64,000 bases of DNA from Eledone cirrhosa (Eukaryota): the NCBI GenBank assembly GCA_964016885.1, contig OZ024740.1, forward strand, positions 396,304,001-396,368,000. Direction: 5' to 3'. The first letter of the stretch is position 1; every line of letters begins with the position of its first letter. Below the pieces are notes generated by a model. That model saw only the letters and a list, made by a program, of their open reading frames with translations, did not search any database and had not been told where the DNA came from. Of this stretch, positions 32,366 to 54,200 are shown piece after piece. Position numbers and translations under genes: made by a program.

Positions 32366-34225
32366 ATCATCATCATCAGGTTTAGCGTCCGTGTTCCACG
32401 CTTGCATGGGTTTGGACGGGGGTTTTCCCACTTGAGGCAAGAGTGGTTGTCTTGCTCGCATAGGACTGTCTGGCGGGTTTTCTACAGTTGGATGCCCTTC
32501 CTAACACCAACCACATTTACAGTGTGGGGCTGGGAGGTTTTTACCGTGTTGCCTACACGGCCACATTACAGCGTGGACTGTCTGGCGGGTTTTCTACAGC
32601 TGGATGCCCTTCCTAACACCAACCACATTTACAGCGTGGACTGTCTGGCGGGTTTTCTACAGCTGGATGCCCTTCCTAACACCAACCACATTTACAGCGT
32701 GGACTGTCTGGCGGGTTTTCTACAGCTGGATGCCCTTCCTAACACCAACCACATTTACAGCGTGGACTGTCTGGCGGGTTTTCTACAGCTGGATGCCCTT
32801 CCTAACACCAACCACATTTACAGCGTGGACTGTCTGGCGGGTTTTCTACAGCTGGATGCCCTTCCTAACACCAACCACATTTACAGCGTGGACTGTCTGG
32901 CGGGTTTTCTACAGCTGGATGCCCTTCCTAACACCAACCACATTTACAGCGTGGACTGTCTGGCGGGGTTTTCTACAGCTGGATGCCCTTCCTAACACCA
33001 ACCACATTTACAGCGTGGACTGTCTGGCGGGGTTTTCTACAGCTGGATGCCCTTCCTAACACCAACCACATTTACAGCGTGGACTGTCTGGCGGGGTTTT
33101 CTACAGCTGGATGCCCTTCCTAACACCAACCACATTTACAGCGTGGACTGTCTGGCGGGTTTTCTACAGCTGGATGCCCTTCCTAACACCAACCACATTT
33201 ACAGCGTGGACTGTCTGGCGGGTTTTCTACAGCTGGATGCCCTTCCTAACACCAACCACATTTACAGCGTGGACTGTCTGGCGGGTTTTCTACAGCTGGA
33301 TGCCCTTCCTAACACCAACCACATTTACAGCGTGGACTGTCTGGCGGGTTTTCTACAGCTGGATGCCCTTCCTAACACCAACCACATTTACAGCGTGGAC
33401 TGTCTGGCGGGTTTTCTACAGCTGGATGCCCTTCCTAACACCAACCACATTTACAGCGTGGACTGTCTGGCGGGTTTTCTACAGCTGGATGCCCTTCCTA
33501 ACACCAACCACATTTACAGCGTGGACTGTCTGGCGGGTTTTCTACAGCTGGATGCCCTTCCTAACACCAACCACATTTACAGCGTGGACTGTCTGGCGGG
33601 TTTTCTACAGCTGGATGCCCTTCCTAACACCAACCACATTTACAGCGTGGACTGTCTGGCGGGTTTTCTACAGCTGGATGCCCTTCCTAACACCAACCAC
33701 ATTTACAGCGTGGACTGTCTGGCGGGTTTTCTACAGCTGGATGCCCTTCCTAACACCAACCACATTTACAGCGTGGACTGTCTGGCGGGTTTTCTACAGC
33801 TGGATGCCCTTCCTAACACCAACCACATTTACAGCGTGGACTGTCTGGCGGGTTTTCTACAGCTGGATGCCCTTCCTAACACCAACCACATTTACAGCGT
33901 GGACTGTCTAGCGGGTTTTCTACAGCTGGATGCCCTTCCTAACACCAACCACATTTACAGCGTGGACAGTCTGGCGGGTTTTCTACAGCTGGATGCCCTT
34001 CCTAACACCAACCACATTTACAGTGTGGGGCTGGGAGGTTTTTACCGTGTTGCCTACACGGCCACATTTACAGCGTGGACTGTGTGTTTTTTGACGTGAC
34101 ACCTACACGGCCACATTTACAGCGTGGACTGTGTGTTTTTTGACGTGACACCTACACGGCCACATTTACAGCGTGGACTGTGTGTTTTTTGACGTGACAC
34201 CTACACGATCTAATTTGTTTCGGCC
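32366..34225 (-). mobile_element. RTE family A 3'UTR insertion with internal tandem amplification
   Basis: (CAT)n tail and family A 3'UTR at both ends of the arrays. Confidence 0.9.
32568..34022. repeat. 63-bp tandem array (~23 near-identical copies) derived from the RTE 3'UTR, followed by ~3 copies of a 49-bp unit (34052-34207)
   Basis: Unit ACAGCGTGGACTGTCTGGCGGGTTTTCTACAGCTGGATGCCCTTCCTAACACCAACCACATTT. Confidence 0.95.
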
Positions 34226-34408
34226 TATATACATATATATACATATATATACATATATATATACATATATATACACATATATACATATATATATACATAT
34301 ATATATACATATATATACACATATATATATATATACATACATATATATATACATATATACATATATATACACACATATATACATATATATACACATATAT
34401 ATATATAC

Positions 34409-34471
<63 letters not shown>

Positions 34472-34593
34472 CATATATACATATATACATATATATATAC
34501 ATATACATATATATATATATACATATACATACATATACATACATATATACATATACATATATATACATATATATACATATATATATATATATT

Positions 34594-37580
34594 ATCTTTT
34601 ATCTTTTACCTTTTACCTGTTTCAGCCATCCGGCTGAGGCCATGCTGGTGCACCACCCTTGTTGCTACACATTTTATCTCCAGCCTGTATAGGTTGGCCA
34701 CTGGTGTAGGAGGGAGTTTGTTGCTGCTGTCCTTAGGTTTCCCTCATGTCTTGCTGTGGGCTCATCCGGGATCCTGGATAACAAGGTGTCGAGATGTTTC
34801 TTAAAGACATCCACCTCCACGTCATGCAAGTCTCTCAGATGCCTCGGCAGCCTGTTGAAGAGTTGAGGGCCCTTGAATCCCAGGCTATTGCAATACCTGC
34901 TCCTTATTCTAGATGTGGAAGACGGGACCTTTGGCACCAGACAGTGACGTCCTGTTCGACGGTTGGTCCAGCTCCCAATGCCAAAGTTTGGTGCTAGTCC
35001 CTCCAGGATTTTCCACATGTAGATCACTGCGTATCTCTCCCGTCTTCGCTCCAAGGAGTAGAGGTTCAGTTCCTTCAGCCTCTCCCAGTAGCTTGTCTCC
35101 CTCATCTTGGCAATCCTCTTGGTGTAGCTTCGCTGGATTGCCTCAAGCTCCGTGGTTAGTTTGACACTATGGGGTGACCACAGCTGGGAGCAGTAGTCCA
35201 GGCGGCTTAGGACAAAAGTCCTCCACAGTGTCAACATGGCGTCTCGATCTCTTGTAAGGAAAGTCCTCAAGATCCAGCCAGCAAATCGTCTACATGTTGT
35301 CTCCACCTTCATGATGTGTGAAGAAAAAGATGCATCATCGCTCATGTCTATGCCCAGGTCTCGTATCGATTTTGACACGGGGATATCGGTCCCTCCTGGT
35401 CCTGTGTAGCTGTGTTCCACTATATTTGTGTTTGCAAGTTTGCATTGTAGGGCTTGGAATTTGCCAGCATTAAACTGCATGTTGTTTTCTTCCGCCCATC
35501 TGTATATGGCATCCAGATCCTGCTGTAAAAGGGCAGCGTCAGCCGGGTTTTTGATTGCCTGTGCTACCTTAGTGTCATCAGCATAGCTAGTGAGGGATGT
35601 TGTTGCATGCACCACAGAGGGCATGTCCGAGAGAGCCACCAAAAATAGTAGTGGTCCCAGGACTGTCCCCTGGGGCACTCCACTTGTTATTGGTGTTTCC
35701 TTTGAGACGGCCCCATTTGTTGCGACTGCCTGGCTTCTGTCCCTTAGGAAGCCATGCAGCCACTCACCTACTTTTCCAGTTATGCCGAGTCCGTGTAGTT
35801 TGTGACATATCATTCCGTGGTCGACCTTGTCAAAGGCCTTCGCAAAGTCAAGATATATCACGTCCACATGTGAGCTGTCTAGTAGTTGTCTCAGTACCCA
35901 GTCGTAGTGATGTAGCAGCTGTGTAAGGCAGCTTCTTCCTGGGCGGAAGCCATGTTGCGTGCTAGTCAGGCGGTCATTTTCTTCGAGGAAAGTGATTAGT
36001 TTCTTTCTGACGACTCGCTCCATGACCTTACTGATATGCGACGTCAGGGAGACTGGCCTATAGTTCTTGGCCTCCGCTCTACTACCTCCTTTATGGATAG
36101 GGCATATTGTGCCTTCTTTCAGCTCCCTGGGTAGTACACCGCTAGCCAAGGAGCTTCTGAAGAGCATCTTCAGTGGAGTTGCTAAGGCCCGCTTACATAT
36201 TTTTAGTAGAACTGCTGGGAATCCATCAGGTCCAGCAGCCGAGTCTGTTCTAATTTCATCAATGGCGTACACCACACCCTCCTCCGTTATGTCTATGTGG
36301 TTGATGGTTGCCATTTCTTGATGTAGTGTTGTGCATCAAAGAACTCCTCTGGCTTCGTTATTTGCATGTGCCTCAGTGGACATGTGAAGACACTTTTGTA
36401 CTGTTCGTTCAGTATTTCACATATCTCTTGGGGATTTTCGGTTAATGAACCGTCCGTGTGGAAGAGTAGTCCAATCTTGCAGTGTACTGAGGCAGTTTCT
36501 TTTGCAAATTTAAAGAAGGCCTTAGGGTTTGTTTTAATGTTTTCTATGGCCCTGTTCTCTTTCTTTGCCCTCTCATTCTCATGTGAAAGTTTGAGTGCAA
36601 TCTCGGTGTCAAGTAGTGCACGTTTCAAATAGGATTCCTTCTTGTTTTGGTTTTGTTGACTATTCAACTGGTTTGAGAGTTTAATTCTACGTCTCATAAG
36701 GATTTTCCTATCTCTGGGAATAAGTTTTTTGTGTCTGTTTGCCTCTTTCTCCGGGACACACTTTTTGCATATGGTGTGTATCGTTGTCATGAAGTGTTGA
36801 AATTGTGTGTTAGTGTGGCAATGTTTTCACTCCATGTTTGCTTCCGGATTTCACTCTTAATCTTTTTCCAGTTAGCCTTGTAGAAGTTAAGGTTGGATAG
36901 CGTCCCGGAGCTTCTTGGTGGTTTTGTCTCTGTTGGTTCTCTTGGACCACATATCATTAGCTCTACTAAGTTATGATCCGAGAGAATTGTTGGTGTCACC
37001 TTTACATTGTGGATGAGCACTTCGTTGTTTGTAAAACAGAGGTCCAGGACATTTTCGCCTCTTGTTGGGAGGAGTATTGCTTGCTCCATGAACAGCCTGT
37101 GTGTGAGGGCCAGCAGGGATTCCGTCTGTCTCTGTTCTATTGACGTCATTCCAGGGAGGAGGTGGCTCTCAGGCCATTTGACCTTTGGTAGGTTGAAGTC
37201 TCCCAGCAGTAGGATGTTGAGACCCTGGTCCAGTTTGTCAAGGACCTCTTCTATCCTACTTAGGCTATCCTCAAATTTACCCTCATGACTGGGGGCATCG
37301 GGCGGCCGATATGTGACACATATTACCGTCTGCAGTTGCTTCATATGTATTATCAGTGTGTCACAGACTGAGTTTGAATGTGTCAACAGTACAATTGGTG
37401 TGACATCTTCACGGATATACAGAGCAACCCCACCACGAGTTCTCTCCTTCCTGTCCGAACGAAATACAGTATATTTCGGTATATGTATTTCTGCATCTGC
37501 TATACTGCTTGTCAGGTGCGTTTCGGTTAGTGCCATGCATAGTGCTTGATTGCTTATGGCTAAGTCTCCCAGGAAGGAAA
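34594..37580 (-). mobile_element. CR1-group LINE, 5'-truncated ORF2 (APE + RT) with two frameshifts, short 3'UTR and (AAAAGAT)-type tail
   Basis: ORF 36787-37536 APE (LTETHL, YRPP, LGDFN, LDL, SDH); ORF 34674-36314 RT (NYRPVSLTS, QHGF, YLDFAKAFDKVDH, GVPQGTVLGPLLF, YADD, LDYCSQLWSP). Confidence 0.92.
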
Positions 37581-38364
37581 TTTATATATATATATATATA
37601 TATACATATACATACATATACATACATATACATATATATACATATATATATATATACATATATATACATATACATATATATACATATACATATATATACA
37701 TATATATACATATATATATATATACATATACATATATATACATATACATATATATACATATACATATATATATATATACATATATATACATATACATATA
37801 TATATATATACATATATATACATATACATATATATATATATACATATACATATATATACATATACATACATATACATATATATATATACATATATATATA
37901 TACATATATATATATACATATATATATATACATATATATATATACATATATATATATACATATATATATATACATATATATATATACATATATATATATA
38001 CATATATATATATACATATATATATATACATATATATATATACATATATATATATACATATATATATATACATATATATATACATATATATATACATACA
38101 TATATATATACATATATATATACATACATAATATATATACATATATATATACATATATTATATACATATATATATACATATATATATACATATATATATA
38201 CATATATATATACATATATATATACATATATATATATACATATATATACATATATATACATATATATATACATATATATATACATATATATATATATACA
38301 TACATATATATATACATATATATATATACATACATATATATATACATACATATATATATACATA

Positions 38365-38404
<40 letters not shown>

Positions 38405-38419
38405 CATATATATATATAC

Positions 38420-38450
<31 letters not shown>

Positions 38451-38477
38451 CATATATATATACATATATATATATAC

Positions 38478-38510
<33 letters not shown>

Positions 38511-38511
38511 C

Positions 38512-38602
<91 letters not shown>

Positions 38603-38615
38603 CATATATATATAC

Positions 38616-38650
<35 letters not shown>

Positions 38651-38663
38651 CATATATATACAC

Positions 38664-38705
<42 letters not shown>
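37581..38705. repeat. (TA)n/(TACA)n microsatellite
   Basis: Direct inspection. Confidence 0.98.
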
Positions 38706-38707
<2 letters not shown>

Positions 38708-41700
38708 TGGAATAAATGCTCTGAAATAGCGATATATATGTGAATATAGACATAGAATATTCGAAAATATTCTGTATGTTTATAATAAACATTTTGAAGA
38801 CCTAATCGCTATAGAATAGAATACGTCACGTATTACAATTAGATTCTCGATAAAAGCAAGGGAAGTAAGTCTACCGCGTTTCATTCTTGTTAGAATTCAT
38901 CAGGACTACATATCAGTGCTTTTATCGAGAATGACACAGCTAGAGACTTATAGAATACTTAGCTGTGTACAGGAACTGGTTTGAAAGAGCGGTTGCCGGT
39001 CCGGCAGAAATTAGAAATTGGAATAAATGCTCTGAAATAGCGATATATATGTGAATATAGACATAGAATATTCGAAAATATTCTGTATGTTTATAATAAA
39101 CATTTTGAAGACCTAATCGCTATAGAATAGAATACGTCACGTATTACAATTAGATTCTCGATAAAAGCAAGGGAAGTAAGTCTACGCGTTTCATTCTTGT
39201 TAGAATTCATCAGGACTACATATCCAGTGCTTTTATCGAGAATGACACAGCTAGAGACTTATAGAATACTTAGCTGTGTACAGGAACTGGTTTGAAAGAG
39301 CGGTTGCCGGTCCGGCAGAAATTAGAAATTGGAATAAATGCTCTGAAATAGCGATATATATGTGAATATAGACATAGAATATTCGAAAATATTCTGTATG
39401 TTTATAATAAACATTTTGAAGACCTAATCGCTATAGAATAGAATACGTCACGTATTACAATTAGATTCTCGATAAAAGCAAGGGAAGTAAGTCTACGCGT
39501 TTCATTCTTGTTAGAATTCATCAGGACTACATATCCAGTGCTTTTATCGAGAATGACACAGCTAGAGACTTATAGAATACTTAGCTGTGTACAGGAACTG
39601 GTTTGAAAGAGCGGTTGCCGGTCCGGCAGAAATTAGAAATTGGAATAAATGCTCTGAAATAGCGATATATATGTGAATATAGACATAGAATATTCGAAAA
39701 TATTCTGTATGTTTATAATAAACATTTTGAAGACCTAATCGCTATAGAATAGAATACGTCACGTATTACAATTAGATTCTCGATAAAAGCAAGGGAAGTA
39801 AGTCTACGCGTTTCATTCTTGTTAGAATTCATCAGGACTACATATCCAGTGCTTTTATCGAGAATGACACAGCTAGAGACTTATAGAATACTTAGCTGTG
39901 TACAGGAACTGGTTTGAAAGAGCGGTTGCCGGTCCGGCAGAAATTAGAAATTGGAATAAATGCTCTGAAATAGCGATATATATGTGAATATAGACATAGA
40001 ATATTCGAAAATATTCTGTATGTTTATAATAAACATTTTGAAGACCTAATCGCTATAGAATAGAATACGTCACGTATTACAATTAGATTCTCGATAAAAG
40101 CAAGGGAAGTAAGTCTACGCGTTTCATTCTTGTTAGAATTCATCAGGACTACATATCCAGTGCTTTTATCGAGAATGACACAGCTAGAGACTTATAGAAT
40201 ACTTAGCTGTGTACAGGAACTGGTTTGAAAGAGCGGTTGCCGGTCCGGCAGAAATTAGAAATTGGAATAAATGCTCTGAAATAGCGATATATATGTGAAT
40301 ATAGACATAGAATATTCGAAAATATTCTGTATGTTTATAATAAACATTTTGAAGACCTAATCGCTATAGAATAGAATACGTCACGTATTACAATTAGATT
40401 CTCGATAAAAGCAAGGGAAGTAAGTCTACGCGTTTCATTCTTGTTAGAATTCATCAGGACTACATATCCAGTGCTTTTATCGAGAATGACACAGCTAGAG
40501 ACTTATAGAATACTTAGCTGTGTACAGGAACTGGTTTGAAAGAGCGGTTGCCGGTCCGGCAGAAATTAGAAATTGGAATAAATGCTCTGAAATAGCGATA
40601 TATATGTGAATATAGACATAGAATATTCGAAAATATTCTGTATGTTTATAATAAACATTTTGAAGACCTAATCGCTATAGAATAGAATACGTCACGTATT
40701 ACAATTAGATTCTCGATAAAAGCAAGGGAAGTAAGTCTACGCGTTTCATTCTTGTTAGAATTCATCAGGACTACATATCCAGTGCTTTTATCGAGAATGA
40801 CACAGCTAGAGACTTATAGAATACTTAGCTGTGTACAGGAACTGGTTTGAAAGAGCGGTTGCCGGTCCGGCAGAAATTAGAAATTGGAATAAATGCTCTG
40901 AAATAGCGATATATATGTGAATATAGACATAGAATATTCGAAAATATTCTGTATGTTTATAATAAACATTTTGAAGACCTAATCGCTATAGAATAGAATA
41001 CGTCACGTATTACAATTAGATTCTCGATAAAAGCAAGGGAAGTAAGTCTACGCGTTTCATTCTTGTTAGAATTCATCAGGACTACATATCCAGTGCTTTT
41101 ATCGAGAATGACACAGCTAGAGACTTATAGAATACTTAGCTGTGTACAGGAACTGGTTTGAAAGAGCGGTTGCCGGTCCGGCAGAAATTAGAAATTGGAA
41201 TAAATGCTCTGAAATAGCGATATATATGTGAATATAGACATAGAATATTCGAAAATATTCTGTATGTTTATAATAAACATTTTGAAGACCTAATCGCTAT
41301 AGAATAGAATACGTCACGTATTACAATTAGATTCTCGATAAAAGCAAGGGAAGTAAGTCTACGCGTTTCATTCTTGTTAGAATTCATCAGGACTACATAT
41401 CCAGTGCTTTTATCGAGAATGACACAGCTAGAGACTTATAGAATACTTAGCTGTGTACAGGAACTGGTTTGAAAGAGCGGTTGCCGGTCCGGCAGAAATT
41501 AGAAATTGGAATAAATGCTCTGAAATAGCGATATATATGTGAATATAGACATAGAATATTCGAAAATATTCTGTATGTTTATAATAAACATTTTGAAGAC
41601 CTAATCGCTATAGAATAGAATACGTCACGTATTACAATTAGATTCTCGATAAAAGCAAGGGAAGTAAGTCTACGCGTTTCATTCTTGTTAGAATTCATCA

Positions 41701-41709
41701 GGACTACAT
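38706..41709 (-). mobile_element. Retrozyme-like tandem array A: 9.65 copies of a 311-bp unit, each with a type I hammerhead on the minus strand
   Basis: Units start at 38707, 39018, 39329 ... 41506; each contains TACGCGTTTC-ATTCTTGTTAGAAT-TCATCAG (reverse complement of the hammerhead core), e.g. 39183-39213. Confidence 0.9.
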
Positions 41710-41797
41710 TCTCGATAAAAGCACTGGATATGTAGTCCTGATGAATTCTAACAAGAATGAAACGCGTAGACTTACTTCCCTTGCTTTTATCGAGAAT
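41708..41797 (+). ncRNA. Type I hammerhead ribozyme with minimal palindromic stem III (representative of 13 copies)
   Basis: attctcgataaaagca..gga-tat-gtagtc-CTGATGA-attct-aaca-agaat-GAAA-cgcg-TA-gacttac-ttcc..tgcttttatcgagaat; predicted cleavage after GUA at 41768. Confidence 0.88.
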
Positions 41798-42522
41798 CTA
41801 ATTGTAATACGTGACGTATTCTATTCTATAGCGATTAGGTCTTCAAAATGTTTATTATAAACATACAGAATATTTTCGAATATTCTATGTCTATATTCAC
41901 ATTATATATCGCTATTTCAGAGCATTTATTCCAATTTCTAATTTCTGCCGGACCGGCAACCGCTCTTTCAAACCAGTTCCTGTACACAGCTAAGTATTCT
42001 ATAAGTCTCTAGCTGTGTCATTCTCGATAAAAGCACTGGATATGTAGTCCTGATGAATTCTAACAAGAATGAAACGCGTAGACTTACTTCCCTTGCTTTT
42101 ATCGAGAATCTAATTGTAATACGTGACGTATTCTATTCTATAGCGATTAGGTCTTCAAAATGTTTATTATAAACATACAGAATATTTCGAATATTCTATG
42201 TCTATATTCACATATATATCGCTATTTCAGAGCATTTATTCCATTTTCTAATTTCTGCCGGACCGGCAACCGCTCTTTCAAACCAGTTCCTGTACACAGC
42301 TAAGTATTCTATAAGTCCTCTAGCTGTGTCATTCTCGATAAAAGCACTGGATATGTAGTCCTGATGAATTCTAACAAGAATGAAACGCGTAGACTTACTT
42401 CCCTTGCTTTTATCGAGAATCTAATTGTAATACGTGACGTATTCTATTCTATAGCGATTAGGTCTTCAAAATGTTTATTATAAACATACAGAATATTTTC
42501 GAATATTCTATGTCTATATTCA
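41708..42522 (+). mobile_element. Inverted continuation of array A (~2.6 units, hammerheads on + strand)
   Basis: CTGATGA cores at 41738, 42050 and 42361; reverse complement of the preceding units. Confidence 0.9.
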
Positions 42523-51224
<8,702 letters not shown>

Positions 51225-54200
51225 TCATCATCATCACCGTTTTACGTCCGTTCTTCCACGCTAGCATGGGTTAGACGGGTTGTCCTGTTGTGGGCAGTGT
51301 CTGGTCGGCTGACCATGCCTTGCTCATACAGGAACTGATCTGGCTTGATTTCTACAGCTGGATGCCCTTCCTAACACCAACCTCATTTACAGTGAGTGCT
51401 GGGTGCTTTTTCGTGGCGCCTACACGTCCACTTTACAGTGTGGGCTGGGTGCTTTTTTGCCGTGGCACCTCCACGACCACCTTGCGGTGGGGGGGGGGGG
51501 GGCATATTGTTTATACGCTTCAGCATGTACCCATGGGAGGTCGGGTACCCTGTATTACTGCGTGACGCCAGAAGTCACGGTCGTGTGTCATTGACTTTGA
51601 GAGGTGTAGTTGGGTAAGGTCGGCTTTTATCACCTCATCCCAAGTCATCTTGGGTCTCCCCACTCCGCGGTTTCCATCAACTTCTAGTGCTCTGCACCTT
51701 TTTATGCAGCTGTCATCCTTCATACGCATCACATGTCCATACCAGCGTAACCGCCTCTCCTGCACGCAGCATTTGATTCCTCTTATGCTCAGTCTCTCTC
51801 TCAATTCCTTTATGCTTTGTCGTTCACGTATATTACTGTTACACATCCATCGGAGCATGCAGGCTTCGTTTCTCTCTAATCTACGTAAGTCTTCCACCTT
51901 CAGCGCCCAGGTCTCACTACCATGCAACATCGCTGTTCGGATACACGCATCATACAGTCTGCCTTTCATTCTGAGGGAGAAGCCTTTTGCAGCTAGCAGT
52001 GGTAGTAGTTCCCTAAACTTCTTCCATCCCGTTCTTACCCTACTTATTGTACTTTCTGAGCACCCACCTCTGTTGCTAATTCGGTCACCTAGGTAGCAGA
52101 AGCTGTCTACTGTTTCTACAGGGCCCTCCCAGAGATTGGTGGTACTTGTTTCCTGTGGCTGTTTGCTTGCTGTTTCAGCACAGCTGCTGCATGTGAATCC
52201 TACATTCTTAATTAAGCTTCCTGAGATCCCGCTACATCTCTTGTGTACCCATTGTTTGCATTTGGGGCAGAGAATGGAGTTCCTACCTACACCTTTCCTA
52301 CATACTGAGCAAGGCCATTTCCCTGAGGGGATCTGGGTTCTGTTTTCTCGTCTACTTATAAGGACCTTAGTCTTTGTCATGTTGACTTTGAGGCCCTTTC
52401 TCTCTAGTCCCTGCTTCCAGGTTTGGAATTTATTCTCTAGTTCTACCATAGATTCAGCTATGAGTGCGAGGTCATCAGCATACAGGAGTTCCCATGGGCA
52501 TCCGGTCTTAAACTCCTCCGTTATTGCCTGCAGGACTATGATGAACAGGAGAGGGCTAAGAACAGAGCCCTGGTGGACCCCAACCTGTACGCTAAATTCC
52601 TCGCTATACTCATTGCCAATCCTAACTTTGCTGACTGCTCCCCTATACATGGCTTGTACCGCTTTCACAAGCCATTCATCTACTCCTAGTTTTCTAAGAG
52701 CCCACCAGATTACTGCACGTGGAACTCTGTCAAAGGCCTTCTCAAGGTCGACAAATGCCAAGTAGAGTGGCTTACTTTTAACTAGGTACTTTTCCTGTAA
52801 TTGCCTCACAAGGAAGAGGGCATCAGTGGTGCCTTTCCCTGGTACAAACCCAAATTGCATCTCGTCTATATTCACCCGGTCCCTAATCAGCTGTGCTATA
52901 ACTCTTTGTTACTTTCATGACCTGGTCCATCAACTTTATACCTCTATAGTTTCCTCTATCTAGTGCATCGCCTTTACCTTTGTAGCAGTTGACAATGATG
53001 CTACTGCACCAATCTTTTGGTATGGCCCCCTCTAGTATTACCTGGTTAACGATACGTGTGGTTATAGTGTGACCTACAGACCCAGATGCCTTCAGCATCT
53101 CGGCAGCTATACCCGATGGACCGGTTGCCTTCCCTACCTTCATATCTCTGATTGCCTTACTTACTACGCTGCCGCTGACTTGTACTGCTGGTCCCTCTAT
53201 AGGGTCTACGTGGGGTAGGGTCTCTTCTTCCCATGCATTCTCCTCATTTAGTAATCTATCATAATGACTCTTCCATGCATCTTTCTTCTCAGCACTTGTG
53301 AGGGCAAGCTCACCTTTATCATTCCGGATACACTTCTCTCCAATGACATCACAACTATCTCTGACACTGCCTCGCAATCTTGAATACCTCCTGTTTCTGG
53401 TCCTCACGTTGTAAAACATGCTTGAATTTTCTATCCTCTGCTTCCCTCCTAGCTAAGTATACTTGTCGCCTAGCTTCCCTCTTGGTCTCTATGTAATGTA
53501 CCCTGCTCCCCCCGTTCTTCCATTCTTTCCATGCCTGTCTCTTGGCCTTGACTGCTTCATCTACCTTATTGTTCCACCACCAAGTCACTCTCCTCCTGCT
53601 TGAGGTCTTACTCCAGCCACAAACCTCATCCGTCGCCTCTAGTAAGTTATTTTTTAGGAACTCCCAGTTCTCTTCTACGTTAAATGTCTCTATCTGTTCT
53701 TCTTTACTGTCGTAGGCGTTGAGTAAAATATCTTTAAATCTGTTACTGGTTGAGGGGACTTTCAGCTTCCAGATCTTTCTTCTCCAGGTTGGCCTCTGTT
53801 TCAGGGCTCGTCTAGTTCTGACCGTGAGGTCGCTGACAACTAAGCTATGTTGGGATGTACATTCCTCACTAGGGAAGGCTTTTGTGTTTTCGACCGTCCA
53901 TCTGTCACGTCCTCTGATGAGGATAAAATCTAACTGACTAGAGTGCTCCCCTGATCTATAGGTGATCAGGTGGTTGTCGGGTTTTTTAAAGTTTGTGTTA
54001 CATATCGATATGTCATTGGCGTCGCAGAATTCTAGAAGTCTGAATCCTTCCTCATTCCTTGTGCCAACTCCATGGCCTCCATGTACTCTATTGAAGCCGT
54101 CGCAGTGTTTACCTACGTGTCCGTTAAAATCTCCTGCAATGATTAGGAAGTCCTTGTCGTCTGTTAGAGCAGTAGTGTGTATTAGGGACTCGTAAAACCT

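Noticed and set aside
32568-34022. Possible CRISPR array or repeat-protein ORF (33047-34099)
   Set aside because: Units are identical with no unique spacers, derive from the RTE 3'UTR, and the frame is open only because 63 is divisible by 3; eukaryotic context with no cas genes
38706-42522. 5S rDNA, tRNA or snRNA tandem cluster
   Set aside because: No recognisable 5S, tRNA cloverleaf or snRNA sequence; the hammerhead core explains the unit
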